Made by a program: the position numbers and the translations under genes | Source: a bacterium | Lineage (GTDB): Bacteria > Sysuimicrobiota > Sysuimicrobiia > Sysuimicrobiales > Kaftiobacteriaceae | Assembly (NCBI GenBank): GCA_035292085.1 | Contig: DATDQT010000152.1 | Location: forward strand, 17,828-81,827 | Length of the DNA: 64,000 nt | Reading direction: 5' to 3' | The notes under the pieces: generated by a model | The model's input: only the letters and a program-made list of their open reading frames with translations | What the model was told of the DNA's origin: nothing | Databases searched by the model: none | Shown here: positions 8,784-17,630 of the stretch, piece after piece | How the letters are laid out: each line of letters starts with the position of its first letter | Numbering within the stretch: position 1 is the first letter of the stretch

Positions 8784-10493
8784 CTACCGGATTCGCAGGG
8801 TCCGCAGCCGGTTGAACGCCGCCGCAATTTCGTGCCGGCGCGGGCGCGCATAGTCACCCGGATGTCCCTGGAACTGCGACAGCACCGCGAGGCCCCGCTC
8901 CGAGACGTCGCCGTCGATCAGGCCGACGATCTCTCGCAGCGACCGGGTCCCATCGACGTACCCTTTCTCCGCGGCGAAGACGATGGCGTCGCCGACGGCC
9001 CGGATCTGGCCTGGTTCAACCAGTTGCTCCGCGCCTGCCAGGTCCAGCACTTCGCGGCCGATGCCGACCGCGCGCTCGCCGCGCGGCTCCGATCTCACGC
9101 GCCGGGTTTTAAATGGGACGACCGACTCTCCGGCCGGGACGCGCTGGGCGATACCTCCGAACCCCTGCGGCCCTGTCCCGCCCGCACCCCTCGCCGCGGC
9201 GGCGGCGTTGGCGGCGGCGGTCAGGTCGACTGGCCGGAACCCGTCCATGCCGATGATCCTGTCTGCCACTCCGGCGAACCCGGCGGCGGCCCCACCGACG
9301 ATGATGGATGAGACGCCGTGCTCGGCGAACAGGGCACGGGCAAGATCCCGCACCGGCACGACCGGATCGTCCGTCTGGGGCATGAGGGCACCGCGAAAGG
9401 GATCGGCGGCGAGCAGGGCCGGCGCGGTGGTATCTTCATCAAACAGCAGCACCGTACTGCCGAGTTCGAGGGCCTCCATCAGTCCGGCCACCTGGGAAAG
9501 CAGGTCCGGCGCATGCTCCGCGCGGTAGCGCCGGACATCTTCCCCACCGGGCAGGCCCCTGATAAACGGCGCGAGCGGCACGGCCTCAACGCGCCGCCCG
9601 CCCTCCCGAACGACCGCGACCGCATCAGGCGCCGTGACACAGTATTCGCGCCCGTCACCGGGCAGATGTGCGTAGACACCGGCGGCGATCGTTCGCAGCA
9701 GGGTTGACCGTCCGGAGAAGGCCGGGCCGGTGATGAGCGTGACCCCGCGTGGAATCCCCAGGCCGGTGACCGGCCCGCGGTGGGGCGCCTCCAGCGTGAC
9801 GCGCAGTTCCGCCGGAGCGTGAAAGGTGACCACGTGCGCGAGCCGGGGCCGGTCCGACGCGGCCTCCCTGGGAAGCATGGCGCCATCGGCGATGAACGCC
9901 ACGAGGCCGCGGGCGGGCAATTGCGCCCGCAGGGCCTCGGCATCTTCGATCACATCGAGGTAGCGCTGGATCACGTCGACGCTGCGGCTGGGATGCTCCG
10001 CCATCAGGGCCATATCGACGATCTGGGGGAGACCGTCCAGCAGCAGCGCCTGCGCGTCTTTCGGCAGTGCCCGCCGGCCTTCCGACGGCAGGATCACGCC
10101 GCCCCGGATCTCGACGAAATCCTCCGCGATGTGGCAGGCCGTCCGCTCGAGGATCTGCTGGTTTCCCGCCTCGATGACATAGCCTGCCGAGCGGCCGCCA
10201 GGGCGCCCGCTGCGGCCGGCCTTCCGCACGGCATCCTGCCAGCGCCGGGCGAGGAAGTCGGCCAGCGCGATCCGCCTGACCGGTGTCGCCCACAGGTCGG
10301 GAGCGAGCCGGACTTCGGCTTGGTCCACGCGGACGCGCATCGGTGACGGCGGCCCGCCGGGATCGGCCTGTATGTAGTCCAGGTACAGCACGAACCGGTC
10401 GAAACGGTATTCGCCTTCCAGCGCCTTGTAGGCGGCGTAGGGTTTGCCTTCAAGCGTGTACAGCTTGTCGCGCAGGCGCTCCCACGGCAACAT
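8784..10493 (-). CDS. Predicted ATPase of the ABC class (ABC_ATPase / COG3044-like), function unknown
   Basis: 569 aa. N-terminus LEGKPYAAYKALEGEYRFDRFVLYLDYIQADP and a P-loop-like GPAFSGRSTLL recalled from this family. Not verified by search. Confidence 0.65.
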   Translation of the reverse strand: MLPWERLRDKLYTLEGKPYAAYKALEGEYRFDRFVLYLDYIQADPGGPPSPMRVRVDQAEVRLAPDLWATPVRRIALADFLARRWQDAVRKAGRSGRPGGRSAGYVIEAGNQQILERTACHIAEDFVEIRGGVILPSEGRRALPKDAQALLLDGLPQIVDMALMAEHPSRSVDVIQRYLDVIEDAEALRAQLPARGLVAFIADGAMLPREAASDRPRLAHVVTFHAPAELRVTLEAPHRGPVTGLGIPRGVTLITGPAFSGRSTLLRTIAAGVYAHLPGDGREYCVTAPDAVAVVREGGRRVEAVPLAPFIRGLPGGEDVRRYRAEHAPDLLSQVAGLMEALELGSTVLLFDEDTTAPALLAADPFRGALMPQTDDPVVPVRDLARALFAEHGVSSIIVGGAAAGFAGVADRIIGMDGFRPVDLTAAANAAAAARGAGGTGPQGFGGIAQRVPAGESVVPFKTRRVRSEPRGERAVGIGREVLDLAGAEQLVEPGQIRAVGDAIVFAAEKGYVDGTRSLREIVGLIDGDVSERGLAVLSQFQGHPGDYARPRRHEIAAAFNRLRTLRIR

Positions 10494-10510
10494 GCTCTAG
10501 CACCGGTAAC

Positions 10511-10533
10511 GGGAAGCCGGAAGCCGGGAGCCG
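10511..10533. repeat. Tandem heptamer repeat GGGAAGC-CGGAAGC-CGGGAGC, intergenic
   Basis: Read directly. Lies 10-30 nt upstream of the ATG at 10493 on the minus-strand mRNA. Confidence 0.75.
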
Positions 10534-10540
10534 TAAGGAC

Positions 10541-11752
10541 TCATCGCGGCTCCTCAAAAGGCCACCGCGGCAGCGTGACGCGGGTCGGGCGATCCTCGCG
10601 GGACCCCAGGGCATAGTCGGCCTGCAGCAGCGTGTGAATCTCGCGCGTCCCCTCGTAGATCACGCCGCCTTTCGCGTTGCGGTAGAACCGTTCCACGGGG
10701 TACTCATCCGAATACCCGTAGGCCCCGTAGATCTCGACGGCATCGCCGGCGGCCCGCTCCGACGCGGTGGTCGCATACCACTTCGCCAGCGAGGTTTCCC
10801 GGGTATTGCGGAGCCCCTGGTTCTTCATCCAGCCGGCGCGCAGGTACAGCAGCCGGCTGACCTCGTAGTCGCGGGTCATGCCCGCGATCATCTCCTTCAC
10901 GAGTTGGTGCTCGCCGATCGGCCGGCCGAATGTCCGCCGCTCGGCCGCGTAGCGCACGCTCGCATCCAGGCACGCCCGGATGAGCCCCGTCGCTCCCGCG
11001 GCGACGGTGAACCGCCCCTGGTCAAGCGCAAACATCGCGAGGCGGAAACCCTCGCCGTCCTCGCCCAGCCGGTGGCTGGCCGGGACCCGGACCTCCTCCA
11101 TGACGATGGACCCGGTGTTGCCCGCGCGGATGCCCAACTTGCCGTGGATGGTCGAGGTCGACACGCCCCGCATCTCGCGCGTGATGAGGAATGCGCTCAG
11201 ACCGGAGTGATCGCGGCGCCGCTGCTTCTCACGGTCGGTCCACGCGAACACGAGAAAGTGATCGGCCACATCGGCCAGCGACATCCAGGTCTTCTCGCCG
11301 TTGAGGATGTAGTGGGAACCGTCGCGGACGGCGGTCGCCTGAATGCCGACCGCATCGCTGCCGGCGGCCGGCTCGGTCAGCCCGTAGGCCGCGATGCGCT
11401 CGCCCCTGGCCTGCGGGGTCAGGAATTCGCGCCGCTGGGCCTCGGTGCCCCAGGCGAGGACGGACAGGCTGTTCAGGCCCAGATGGACGGACAGGATCAC
11501 CCGCAGGGACGTGTCCACGTACTCGAGTTCCTCGCAGGCCAGACCCAGGCTCATGTAGTCGAGCCCGGCCCCCCCGTAGGACTCGGGCACGCTTAGCCCG
11601 AGAATGCCGAGTCCGGCCATCTTCGTGAGGATGGAGCGGTCGAACTGCTGGGCGCGGTCGAGTTCGCGGATCCGCGGGGCGACTTCAGTCTGCGCGAAAT
11701 CCCGCACCATCCGTGACGCCGCCACCTGATGGTCTGCCAAGGCGAAGTCCAT
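10541..11752 (-). CDS. Acyl-CoA dehydrogenase
   Basis: 403 aa; LGLxVPExYGGAG, GLTEPxAGSD, and a C-terminal YEGTxEIH-type motif (IYEGTREIHTL). Confidence 0.85.
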   Translation of the reverse strand: MDFALADHQVAASRMVRDFAQTEVAPRIRELDRAQQFDRSILTKMAGLGILGLSVPESYGGAGLDYMSLGLACEELEYVDTSLRVILSVHLGLNSLSVLAWGTEAQRREFLTPQARGERIAAYGLTEPAAGSDAVGIQATAVRDGSHYILNGEKTWMSLADVADHFLVFAWTDREKQRRRDHSGLSAFLITREMRGVSTSTIHGKLGIRAGNTGSIVMEEVRVPASHRLGEDGEGFRLAMFALDQGRFTVAAGATGLIRACLDASVRYAAERRTFGRPIGEHQLVKEMIAGMTRDYEVSRLLYLRAGWMKNQGLRNTRETSLAKWYATTASERAAGDAVEIYGAYGYSDEYPVERFYRNAKGGVIYEGTREIHTLLQADYALGSREDRPTRVTLPRWPFEEPR

Positions 11753-11764
11753 CGGTTACTCCGC

Positions 11765-12967
11765 TTACCGTTTCCTGTTTCCCATGTCCGGGAACAGCAA
11801 CCGTTGTCCGAGGAGGGCATAGAACTGGGCGGCGGTCAGGACTTCATCGAGGTCGACGAACTCATCGGTCGTGTGGGCCGCTTCCGGATCACCGGGCCCG
11901 AACAGCACGGTGGGGATGTCGCGCTCGGCGAAGAATCGGCCGTCGCTGGCTTGATGGTATCCAACCACGGCGGGGTCCAGTCCCAACGACGAGGCGATGT
12001 CTTGCCCGGCCGTGACCACGAGCGCCGTCACCGGGGTCTCGATGGGCGGCCCCATCTGCAGCACTTCGACGTCAGCCTCCAGCGCAGGGTCGGCCTGTGA
12101 GAGGTCGGCGATGAGCCGCTCGATTTCCGCGACGGCGTCGGGCACGCTCTCGTTGGGCAGCGTCCGGCGGTCGATCGTCGCTTCGCACCAATCGGCCACG
12201 ATGTTGGTGGCGATCCCGCCGCGGATCGTCCCCACGCTGATCGACGGCCGCGGGGTCAGGGGGTGGGACAGTCGTTCCAGACGTGTCCCGATCTCGCGCT
12301 GGATTGCCAGGAGCACCGTGGCCATGTGGCCGATGGCGTTGTTGCCCTCCCACGGCGTGCTCCCGTGCGCCGCGCGCCCGTGCGTGACAATCCGCACCCA
12401 GAGCACACCTTTCTCGGCCACGGCCAGCCGGTTCGACGTGATCTCACCGACGACCACGTGGTCCGGCCGTACCAGGCCCCGGTCGACGAGGTATTCCGTC
12501 CCCTTGATGCCTCCGACCTCTTCGTCACTGACGGCCGTCAGCGTGAGGGTGCCGCGCAGGGGCAGGACGCTGGTCAAGGTCTCGAGCGCCGCGACCATGG
12601 CAGCCAGCGATGCCTTCGCATCCGCGGAGCCCCGGCCGTACAGGCGCGTCCCGCTGATCTCGGCGCCGAACGGATCCCGCCGCCATGCCGCCCGGTCCCC
12701 CGCCGGGACGGTGTCCATGTGTGTCGTAAACAGGACCTCCGGCCTGCCCGTCCCGATCCGCGCCATGACGTTCGGCTTGCGGGGCTCGTCGGCCAGAATC
12801 TGGAAGTCGATGCTGGCCTCACGCAGCCGCGCGGCCACGAGGTCGGCAACTTTACGGGTATCGCCGGGGGGGTTGGAACTCTCGGCGCGGACCAGCGCCG
12901 CGAGAAACCCGATGATGTCGGCGCGCCGTTTCTCGATTTGCTCAACCAGCGACTGGGTCACCATCAC
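11765..12967 (-). CDS. M20 family metallopeptidase (ArgE/DapE/ACY1-like)
   Basis: HMDTVPAG...GRGSADAKAS...SDEEVGG motifs of the M20 family. Confidence 0.8.
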   Translation of the reverse strand: MMVTQSLVEQIEKRRADIIGFLAALVRAESSNPPGDTRKVADLVAARLREASIDFQILADEPRKPNVMARIGTGRPEVLFTTHMDTVPAGDRAAWRRDPFGAEISGTRLYGRGSADAKASLAAMVAALETLTSVLPLRGTLTLTAVSDEEVGGIKGTEYLVDRGLVRPDHVVVGEITSNRLAVAEKGVLWVRIVTHGRAAHGSTPWEGNNAIGHMATVLLAIQREIGTRLERLSHPLTPRPSISVGTIRGGIATNIVADWCEATIDRRTLPNESVPDAVAEIERLIADLSQADPALEADVEVLQMGPPIETPVTALVVTAGQDIASSLGLDPAVVGYHQASDGRFFAERDIPTVLFGPGDPEAAHTTDEFVDLDEVLTAAQFYALLGQRLLFPDMGNRKR

Positions 12968-12973
12968 GTGGAT

Positions 12974-13050
12974 CGGAAGCGGCGAACCGGAAACCGGGAG
13001 CCGTAACGACCCGTAGCGTTGTCCTTTCAGTGTCCGTTTCCGGTTTCCTG
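12974..13050. repeat. Heptamer-repeat block (CGGAAGC GGCGAAC CGGAAAC CGGGAGC) and an inverted partner GTCCGTTTCCGGTTTCC, able to form a hairpin
   Basis: Read directly, in the 5' region of the M20 peptidase gene. Confidence 0.7.
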
Positions 13051-13084
13051 AACAAGAAGGGGAAGAGGCTTTTGCCCCCTCCCC
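13051..13084 (-). terminator. Candidate intrinsic terminator downstream of the S41 peptidase gene
   Basis: Minus-strand RNA GGGGAGGGGGC-AAAA-GCCUCUUCCCC followed by UUCUUGUUC. About 150 nt after the stop at 13235. Confidence 0.5.
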
Positions 13085-13234
13085 TGCTTCTTCGGCTGCT
13101 CTTCGTTCCCTGTTTGGGTCTGTTCGCGGCTTCCGGTTCCCATTCGACTCGCTCGCCTCTGGCGAGCTCGCTCATGGCCTTCGGCCGTGCGAGTCGGATG
13201 CCCTGAGAGAGCGCAGCGAGTCGAAGGGCGATCG

Positions 13235-14569
13235 TCAGCGGCCGGCGGGCAATGCGAGGATTTGACGCACGAGCCTCACCGCCGTGCTGAGCGGGATATC
13301 GCGTCCCGCCTCCAGGTCCTGGACGCTGAGGGCCGCGGCGATGTTCGGGCTGACGCCCACATTCTCCAGGCGCGCCCCGTGGCCGCTCGCCAGCCGAAAG
13401 GTGGTCACGCTGATGGCTGAGCCGTCGGACAGATCCAGGACGATGCTGGCCTCCACCGCGCCGGCGGTCTTCTCGCCGACCAGCTGCCCGCGCCGGTTCT
13501 CCTTGATGGCCGCGGCCAGCAATTCGGCGGCCGACGCGCTGCTGTCGTCGATGAGCACGACCAGCGGCATGGACGCCGGCACGATCGGCGTACCGGTGGT
13601 GCGCACCACCCGCGTGCCTCCCTTGCGCATCTCGATGTAGATCGGGGTGTTGCGCGGCAGGAGGGCGGTGAGCACACTCGTCAGTTCGTGGAGGTAGCCT
13701 CCGCTGTTGCCGCGCAGGTCCAAAACCAGCGCCTTCGCCCCCTGGAAGCGCACCCGCGAGAGCGCGGCGCGGAACTCCCGGCCCGTGCCGTCGACGAACT
13801 GGTAGAGCTTGATGTAACCGATACCGTTGTCGAGGACCTGGGATTTGAAGATTGCCGGGACGGCGATCGGAGCCCGGGTGATCGTCACCGAGAAGGGATC
13901 GCGCTGCCCGGGCCGCTGCAGGACCAGCGTCACGCCGGTCCCGGCAGGCCCGCGGATCGATCCGGACACCTGCTCGATGGTCATGCCGTCGGTGGTCACG
14001 TCGTTGATCCGGACGATACGGTCGAACTCCTTCACCCCGGCGCGATCGGCGGGGCCGCTGGGCACGACCGCCCACACGAAGAACTTGCCGCCCTCGGGCA
14101 GCAGCACGATCCCGACGCCCGTAAACCCGGCCTGGCCGCGCTGCCGCTGCCGGCGCTCGAAGTTCTGCTGCGGGGTGAAGAAACCGGTGTGCGAGTCCTT
14201 GAAGGACTCCGTCATGCCGCGGATGGCCGCGTAGGCCAGTTCCGTGTCGGTGATGGCGCCGGCGGCCGCCTGCACGGTGCTGGCGAACCGGTCGGTAAAC
14301 ACCCGCCGGGCCTCGGCCTCGCTGGTGCCCGCGGCGATGTCCACCAAGGTGACCGCGACGCCCTTGGCCGACAAGAGCGTGCGCAGACCGGCCATTGCCG
14401 CGTTGAGCGCTTTGACGGGGTCGACGGGATCGATGTACTGGATCTCGAGCAGGCGCAGCGCCTCAAAGACCAGCGATTGATCGGCCGCCAGCGCCGGGGC
14501 AGGCAGCACCGGGGCAACCAGGGTGAAGGCGACAAGCGCTGCGATGATGGTGAGCGTCTTCTTCATCAT
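13235..14569 (-). CDS. S41 family carboxy-terminal processing peptidase (PDZ domain, signal peptide)
   Basis: MMKKTLTIIAALVAFTLVAPVLPAPALA signal peptide, then a PDZ segment. The S41 catalytic-region motifs are LDLRGNSGGY and VLIDDSSASAAE. Confidence 0.85.
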   Translation of the reverse strand: MMKKTLTIIAALVAFTLVAPVLPAPALAADQSLVFEALRLLEIQYIDPVDPVKALNAAMAGLRTLLSAKGVAVTLVDIAAGTSEAEARRVFTDRFASTVQAAAGAITDTELAYAAIRGMTESFKDSHTGFFTPQQNFERRQRQRGQAGFTGVGIVLLPEGGKFFVWAVVPSGPADRAGVKEFDRIVRINDVTTDGMTIEQVSGSIRGPAGTGVTLVLQRPGQRDPFSVTITRAPIAVPAIFKSQVLDNGIGYIKLYQFVDGTGREFRAALSRVRFQGAKALVLDLRGNSGGYLHELTSVLTALLPRNTPIYIEMRKGGTRVVRTTGTPIVPASMPLVVLIDDSSASAAELLAAAIKENRRGQLVGEKTAGAVEASIVLDLSDGSAISVTTFRLASGHGARLENVGVSPNIAAALSVQDLEAGRDIPLSTAVRLVRQILALPAGR

Positions 14570-14680
14570 GCCCTCGCGCACGGGCCTCAGCCCGCACCAA
14601 CGTGATTGTGACATGTGCGTTTCTTCGTATCTTCCGTATCGCTCAGAGAGCAACAGTAATCTATCACGTTGGTACGGGCC

Positions 14681-15409
14681 TCAGAACGCAGGCCGGAATG
14701 GGAACAGTCTGAGAATCCACGCGTTGAGTTGAAAGACGAGATCGAGCATCAGCGCCGCGCCCATCACGACCAGGAACACGCCGCTGACCGTCTCCACGAT
14801 CCGGCCGTACCGGCGGATCCAGGCGAACCCGTCAAATGCCGTCGTGATGAGCACGGCGGTCATCAGGAATGGCACACCGAGCCCCAGCGAATAGGCGAGC
14901 AGGAGTCCCGCCCCGCTGAACGCGTTCTGCGTCGTCGCGGCGAGCGTCAGGATCGCGGCCAGGACCGGACCCACGCAGGGTGTCCAGGCGAAACCGAAGG
15001 CCATGCCGATCGGGAACGCCCCAAGCGGACCACCAGGACGTCGCTCGAGGTGCAGCCGACGCGTGCGGGACAGACCCGGCACCTTGATGATGCCCAGCAC
15101 GGACAGCCCCAGGAGAATGACCAGCACGCCGCCGATGCGGGACAGCAGCTGGCGATTCGTCAGAATAAACGAGCCCAGCACGGTCGCCGAGGCGCCCAGC
15201 GCCGTGAAGATCGAGGCGAAGCCCAGGACGAACACGACGGTCGTCCCCACGATCCTGCTCAGATGCTGCCGCCGTGCCGCCGGATCCATGTCGGCCAGCG
15301 AGAGTCCGGAGACGAAGGAAATGTATCCGGGGACCAGGGGGACGATGCAGGGCGACAGGAAGCCCAGGATCCCCGCGGCAAACGCAATGGCAAAGTTTAC
15401 TTGCGGCAT
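14681..15409 (-). CDS. ccdA: Cytochrome c biogenesis / thiol-disulfide electron transporter CcdA (DsbD family)
   Basis: FLSPCIVPLVPGY and WTPCVGPVL, the two conserved Cys-containing TM motifs of CcdA. Start at ATG 15409. Confidence 0.85.
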   Translation of the reverse strand: MPQVNFAIAFAAGILGFLSPCIVPLVPGYISFVSGLSLADMDPAARRQHLSRIVGTTVVFVLGFASIFTALGASATVLGSFILTNRQLLSRIGGVLVILLGLSVLGIIKVPGLSRTRRLHLERRPGGPLGAFPIGMAFGFAWTPCVGPVLAAILTLAATTQNAFSGAGLLLAYSLGLGVPFLMTAVLITTAFDGFAWIRRYGRIVETVSGVFLVVMGAALMLDLVFQLNAWILRLFPFRPAF

Positions 15410-15463
15410 CGAACCCTCGTGGCAGCGCGCCATGTACCCGAGTGCAGCGAGTGGTACATGGGG

Positions 15464-15952
15464 CTACCGGCCGGTCAGCATCTTGATGGTCGACACGAGT
15501 TCCCGTTCACCCGTCGGTCCGAACGCCGCGCGCAGGAGCCTGCCCTGGCGATCGATGACCGCCCAGAACGGCTGGTGCGTGAAGCCGTAGAGCTTCGCCA
15601 CGCGGCCGTCACCGTCGTAGCCGTTGGGAAACGTCAGGCCGTGTTTCGTGACAAACGCGGCGCTGGCGTCCCGGCTGTCGAGCAGCCCGATCCCCACGAA
15701 CTCGATGCCCTTGCCCTTCCAGTCTCTGTAGGTCCGCTCCCACACGGGGGCGTCGCGGTTGCACGTCACTCACCACGGGGCCCAGAACAGCAGGAGCACG
15801 GCGTTCTTCCCGCGCTGGTCCGCCAGGCGGAACGTCTGTCCGTTGAACAGCTGCAGTTCGAACACCGGCGCCGGGTTGGGCGCGGGGGCGGCCTGCGTGG
15901 CCGCGGCAGCCGCCACGACCATCGCGATTGTCACCAGCGTCAGGACGCGCAT
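15464..15952 (-). CDS. TlpA/ResA-like periplasmic thioredoxin-fold thiol:disulfide oxidoreductase, probable selenoprotein (in-frame TGA at 15770-15772 in place of the first Cys of WCxxC)
   Basis: Track ORFs 15770..16210 and 15464..15769 are adjacent and in the same frame. The joined product has a signal peptide MRVLTLVTIAMVVAAAAATQA. The rest reads ...AVLLLFWAPW-[TGA]-VTCNRDAPVWERTYRDWKGKGIEFVGIGLLDS...FPNGYDGDG...FWAVIDRQG, collinear with TlpA/ResA. Confidence 0.7.
15734..15758 (-). promoter_or_regulatory. Candidate bacterial SECIS-like hairpin 11 nt downstream of the in-frame UGA
   Basis: RNA CCGC-GACG-CCC-CCGUGU-GGG-A-GCGG: 4 bp plus 3 bp with an internal loop and GU in the apical loop. 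Hand-folded only. Confidence 0.35.
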
Positions 15953-15990
15953 GGTCGACACCAGTACACACCACGATTGTAAAGGAATGT

Positions 15991-16776
15991 TTACGGCCGC
16001 GTCACGCGCCGAATCCGCACCGCCATCCCGGCGGCGGCGGCAAAGCGGCGCGCGGCGCTCCCTTCGCGCACCGCGATCTCCAGCAGGCCGTCGCTTCCGC
16101 CGACGACCGCGAGGCGGTTCGGGCTGACTTCTCCATAGGTCCGGGCGCTCCGCCCGCTGCCCCGCCGGGCGCCAACCTGGATCGCGACCGGCCCTCGGTG
16201 TTCCACCCACAGACCGTTGGGCACGTTGGTCACCAGGTTGCCGAACGGATCAACATAGATGACCTGTCCCGCCACACCGCCGTTTATCGTCCGGCCGGAG
16301 CCGAAGTCGAGATCGACGAACTCCGCAGTTGCTAACGCGATGGCCTCCGGCGGTGTTCCCTCGAGCAGCAGCGCCGCCGCCGGCGCAAAGATGTCGCGCC
16401 CGTGGAAGGTGCTCGAGACGCCGGGGCGGAGAATCATTGGATCCGTCATCGTATGGACCGTCGGGCTTCCAAGGCGGCGGGCGGCAGGCATGAGCAGCCC
16501 ATTGTCCGGCCCCACGAACAACTGGCCGCCGGAGACGACGACCAGCGGCTTCCGCTCAGTCCCAACCCCCGGATCGACCACGGCGAGATGCACCGTCCCG
16601 GCGGGAAAGTGCGGCACCGCCGAATAGAGGACGAACGCCCCTGCCCTGATGTCGTGGCGGGGGACGTCGTGGGAGATATCGACCAGCGTAGGACTGGTCC
16701 GGCGCACCAGGACGGCCTTCATCGCCGCCGGGTACGGGCTCGAGGGCCCGAAGTCGCTGAGCAGCGTCACAATCAT
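15991..16776 (-). CDS. SAM hydroxide adenosyltransferase / DUF62 (chlorinase-fluorinase fold) family protein
   Basis: MIVTLLSDFG...YPAAMKAV...VDISHDV...VVDPGVG motifs characteristic of DUF62. Confidence 0.8.
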   Translation of the reverse strand: MIVTLLSDFGPSSPYPAAMKAVLVRRTSPTLVDISHDVPRHDIRAGAFVLYSAVPHFPAGTVHLAVVDPGVGTERKPLVVVSGGQLFVGPDNGLLMPAARRLGSPTVHTMTDPMILRPGVSSTFHGRDIFAPAAALLLEGTPPEAIALATAEFVDLDFGSGRTINGGVAGQVIYVDPFGNLVTNVPNGLWVEHRGPVAIQVGARRGSGRSARTYGEVSPNRLAVVGGSDGLLEIAVREGSAARRFAAAAGMAVRIRRVTRP

Positions 16777-17630
16777 TACTTCAAGAGCCGCGAAAGCCTT
16801 CGGTCAGCATAGACCTTCCCGCCGGTCTGGCACCGCGGACAATAGTAAGTCTCCCGTTCGGCGAAGTGCACCACCGCGATCGGCGTCCCGCAGCGCGGGC
16901 AGGGTTCGCCGCCGTGGCGGTGCACTCGCAGCAGTTCCAGCGGCTCTTTGACCGGCAGCGTGTCGCCGAAGTGGGTCCGGTGCTCGCCGAGCGCGCGCGA
17001 CAGCGTCTCCTTGATGGCGGCAAAGAGGCGGGCCACCTCTCCATCGCTCAGCCGGTGTGCGGGCGCAAACGGCGACAGCCGGGCCTCCCACAAGATTTCA
17101 TCGGAAAACGTATTGCCGATGCTGGTGATGTATCGCTGCAGAGTCAGAAACCGTTTCACCTGTCCGGTGTCCCGCGCCAGCATGTCTGCTAGGACCGTGG
17201 CCGTGAATTCCTCGCTCAGCGGGTCGATGCCAAGATCTCCCAGGGGCTCGACGGACAACAGGGCTGAGGATCGTACGACATACGCGGCGGCGCGCTTCTT
17301 GGGGCCGATCTCGTACAGACGGACATCGCGTCCATCGTCGAGGCTCAGCACAAAGGCCACATCCTTGTTCTGTCCCTGGCGCGATGGGACAACCTGCAGC
17401 CGGCCGTTGCGCATGAGGTGTGTGACGATCGCCAGGTCGCCGAGAGTGAACACGACGAGTTTCCCGACCCGGCGGACGGTGTCGATGGCACGTCCCACAA
17501 CGGCTCCGACCGGTGGGTCGTAGGTCTTGAGCACGGACGGGCTCTTCACGCGGACCGCGGTGATCGTCCGGCCGCGAATCTGTTCCTTGAGATTCCCCGC
17601 AAGTACCTCAATGAACGGCAGTTCAGGCAC
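16776..17630 (-). CDS. mutM: Formamidopyrimidine-DNA glycosylase / endonuclease VIII family (Fpg/Nei)
   Basis: GTG start at 17630 gives M-PELPFIEV, the catalytic N-terminal Pro. C-terminal zinc finger CPRCGTPI...YYCPRCQ. The track ORF is over-extended to 17780. Confidence 0.85.
   Translation of the reverse strand: MPELPFIEVLAGNLKEQIRGRTITAVRVKSPSVLKTYDPPVGAVVGRAIDTVRRVGKLVVFTLGDLAIVTHLMRNGRLQVVPSRQGQNKDVAFVLSLDDGRDVRLYEIGPKKRAAAYVVRSSALLSVEPLGDLGIDPLSEEFTATVLADMLARDTGQVKRFLTLQRYITSIGNTFSDEILWEARLSPFAPAHRLSDGEVARLFAAIKETLSRALGEHRTHFGDTLPVKEPLELLRVHRHGGEPCPRCGTPIAVVHFAERETYYCPRCQTGGKVYADRRLSRLLK

Noticed and set aside
10283-11596. 437-aa plus-strand ORF
   Set aside because: Antisense to the acyl-CoA dehydrogenase gene; no motifs. 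The same reasoning applies to 22484..23617, 30740..32569, 38019..39530, 34346..34987 and other long shadow ORFs in the track.
12942-14075. 377-aa minus-strand ORF spanning the intergenic repeat region and part of the S41 peptidase gene in another frame
   Set aside because: Out of frame with the well-supported S41 peptidase and of highly biased composition. It reads through terminator-like and repeat DNA.
14669-15982. 437-aa plus-strand ORF
   Set aside because: Antisense to ccdA and the TlpA-like gene; biased composition and no motifs.
15464-16210. Interpreting the TGA at 15770 as a pseudogene-forming nonsense mutation, or accepting the 146-aa and 101-aa fragments as separate genes
   Set aside because: The stop coincides exactly with the catalytic Cys column of WCxxC, both halves are otherwise intact and collinear with TlpA/ResA, and the 101-aa fragment would need a GTG start right after the stop. 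The part of the 146-aa ORF upstream of Met-87 is Arg-rich shadow sequence. Pseudogenisation remains the formal alternative if the genome lacks Sec machinery.
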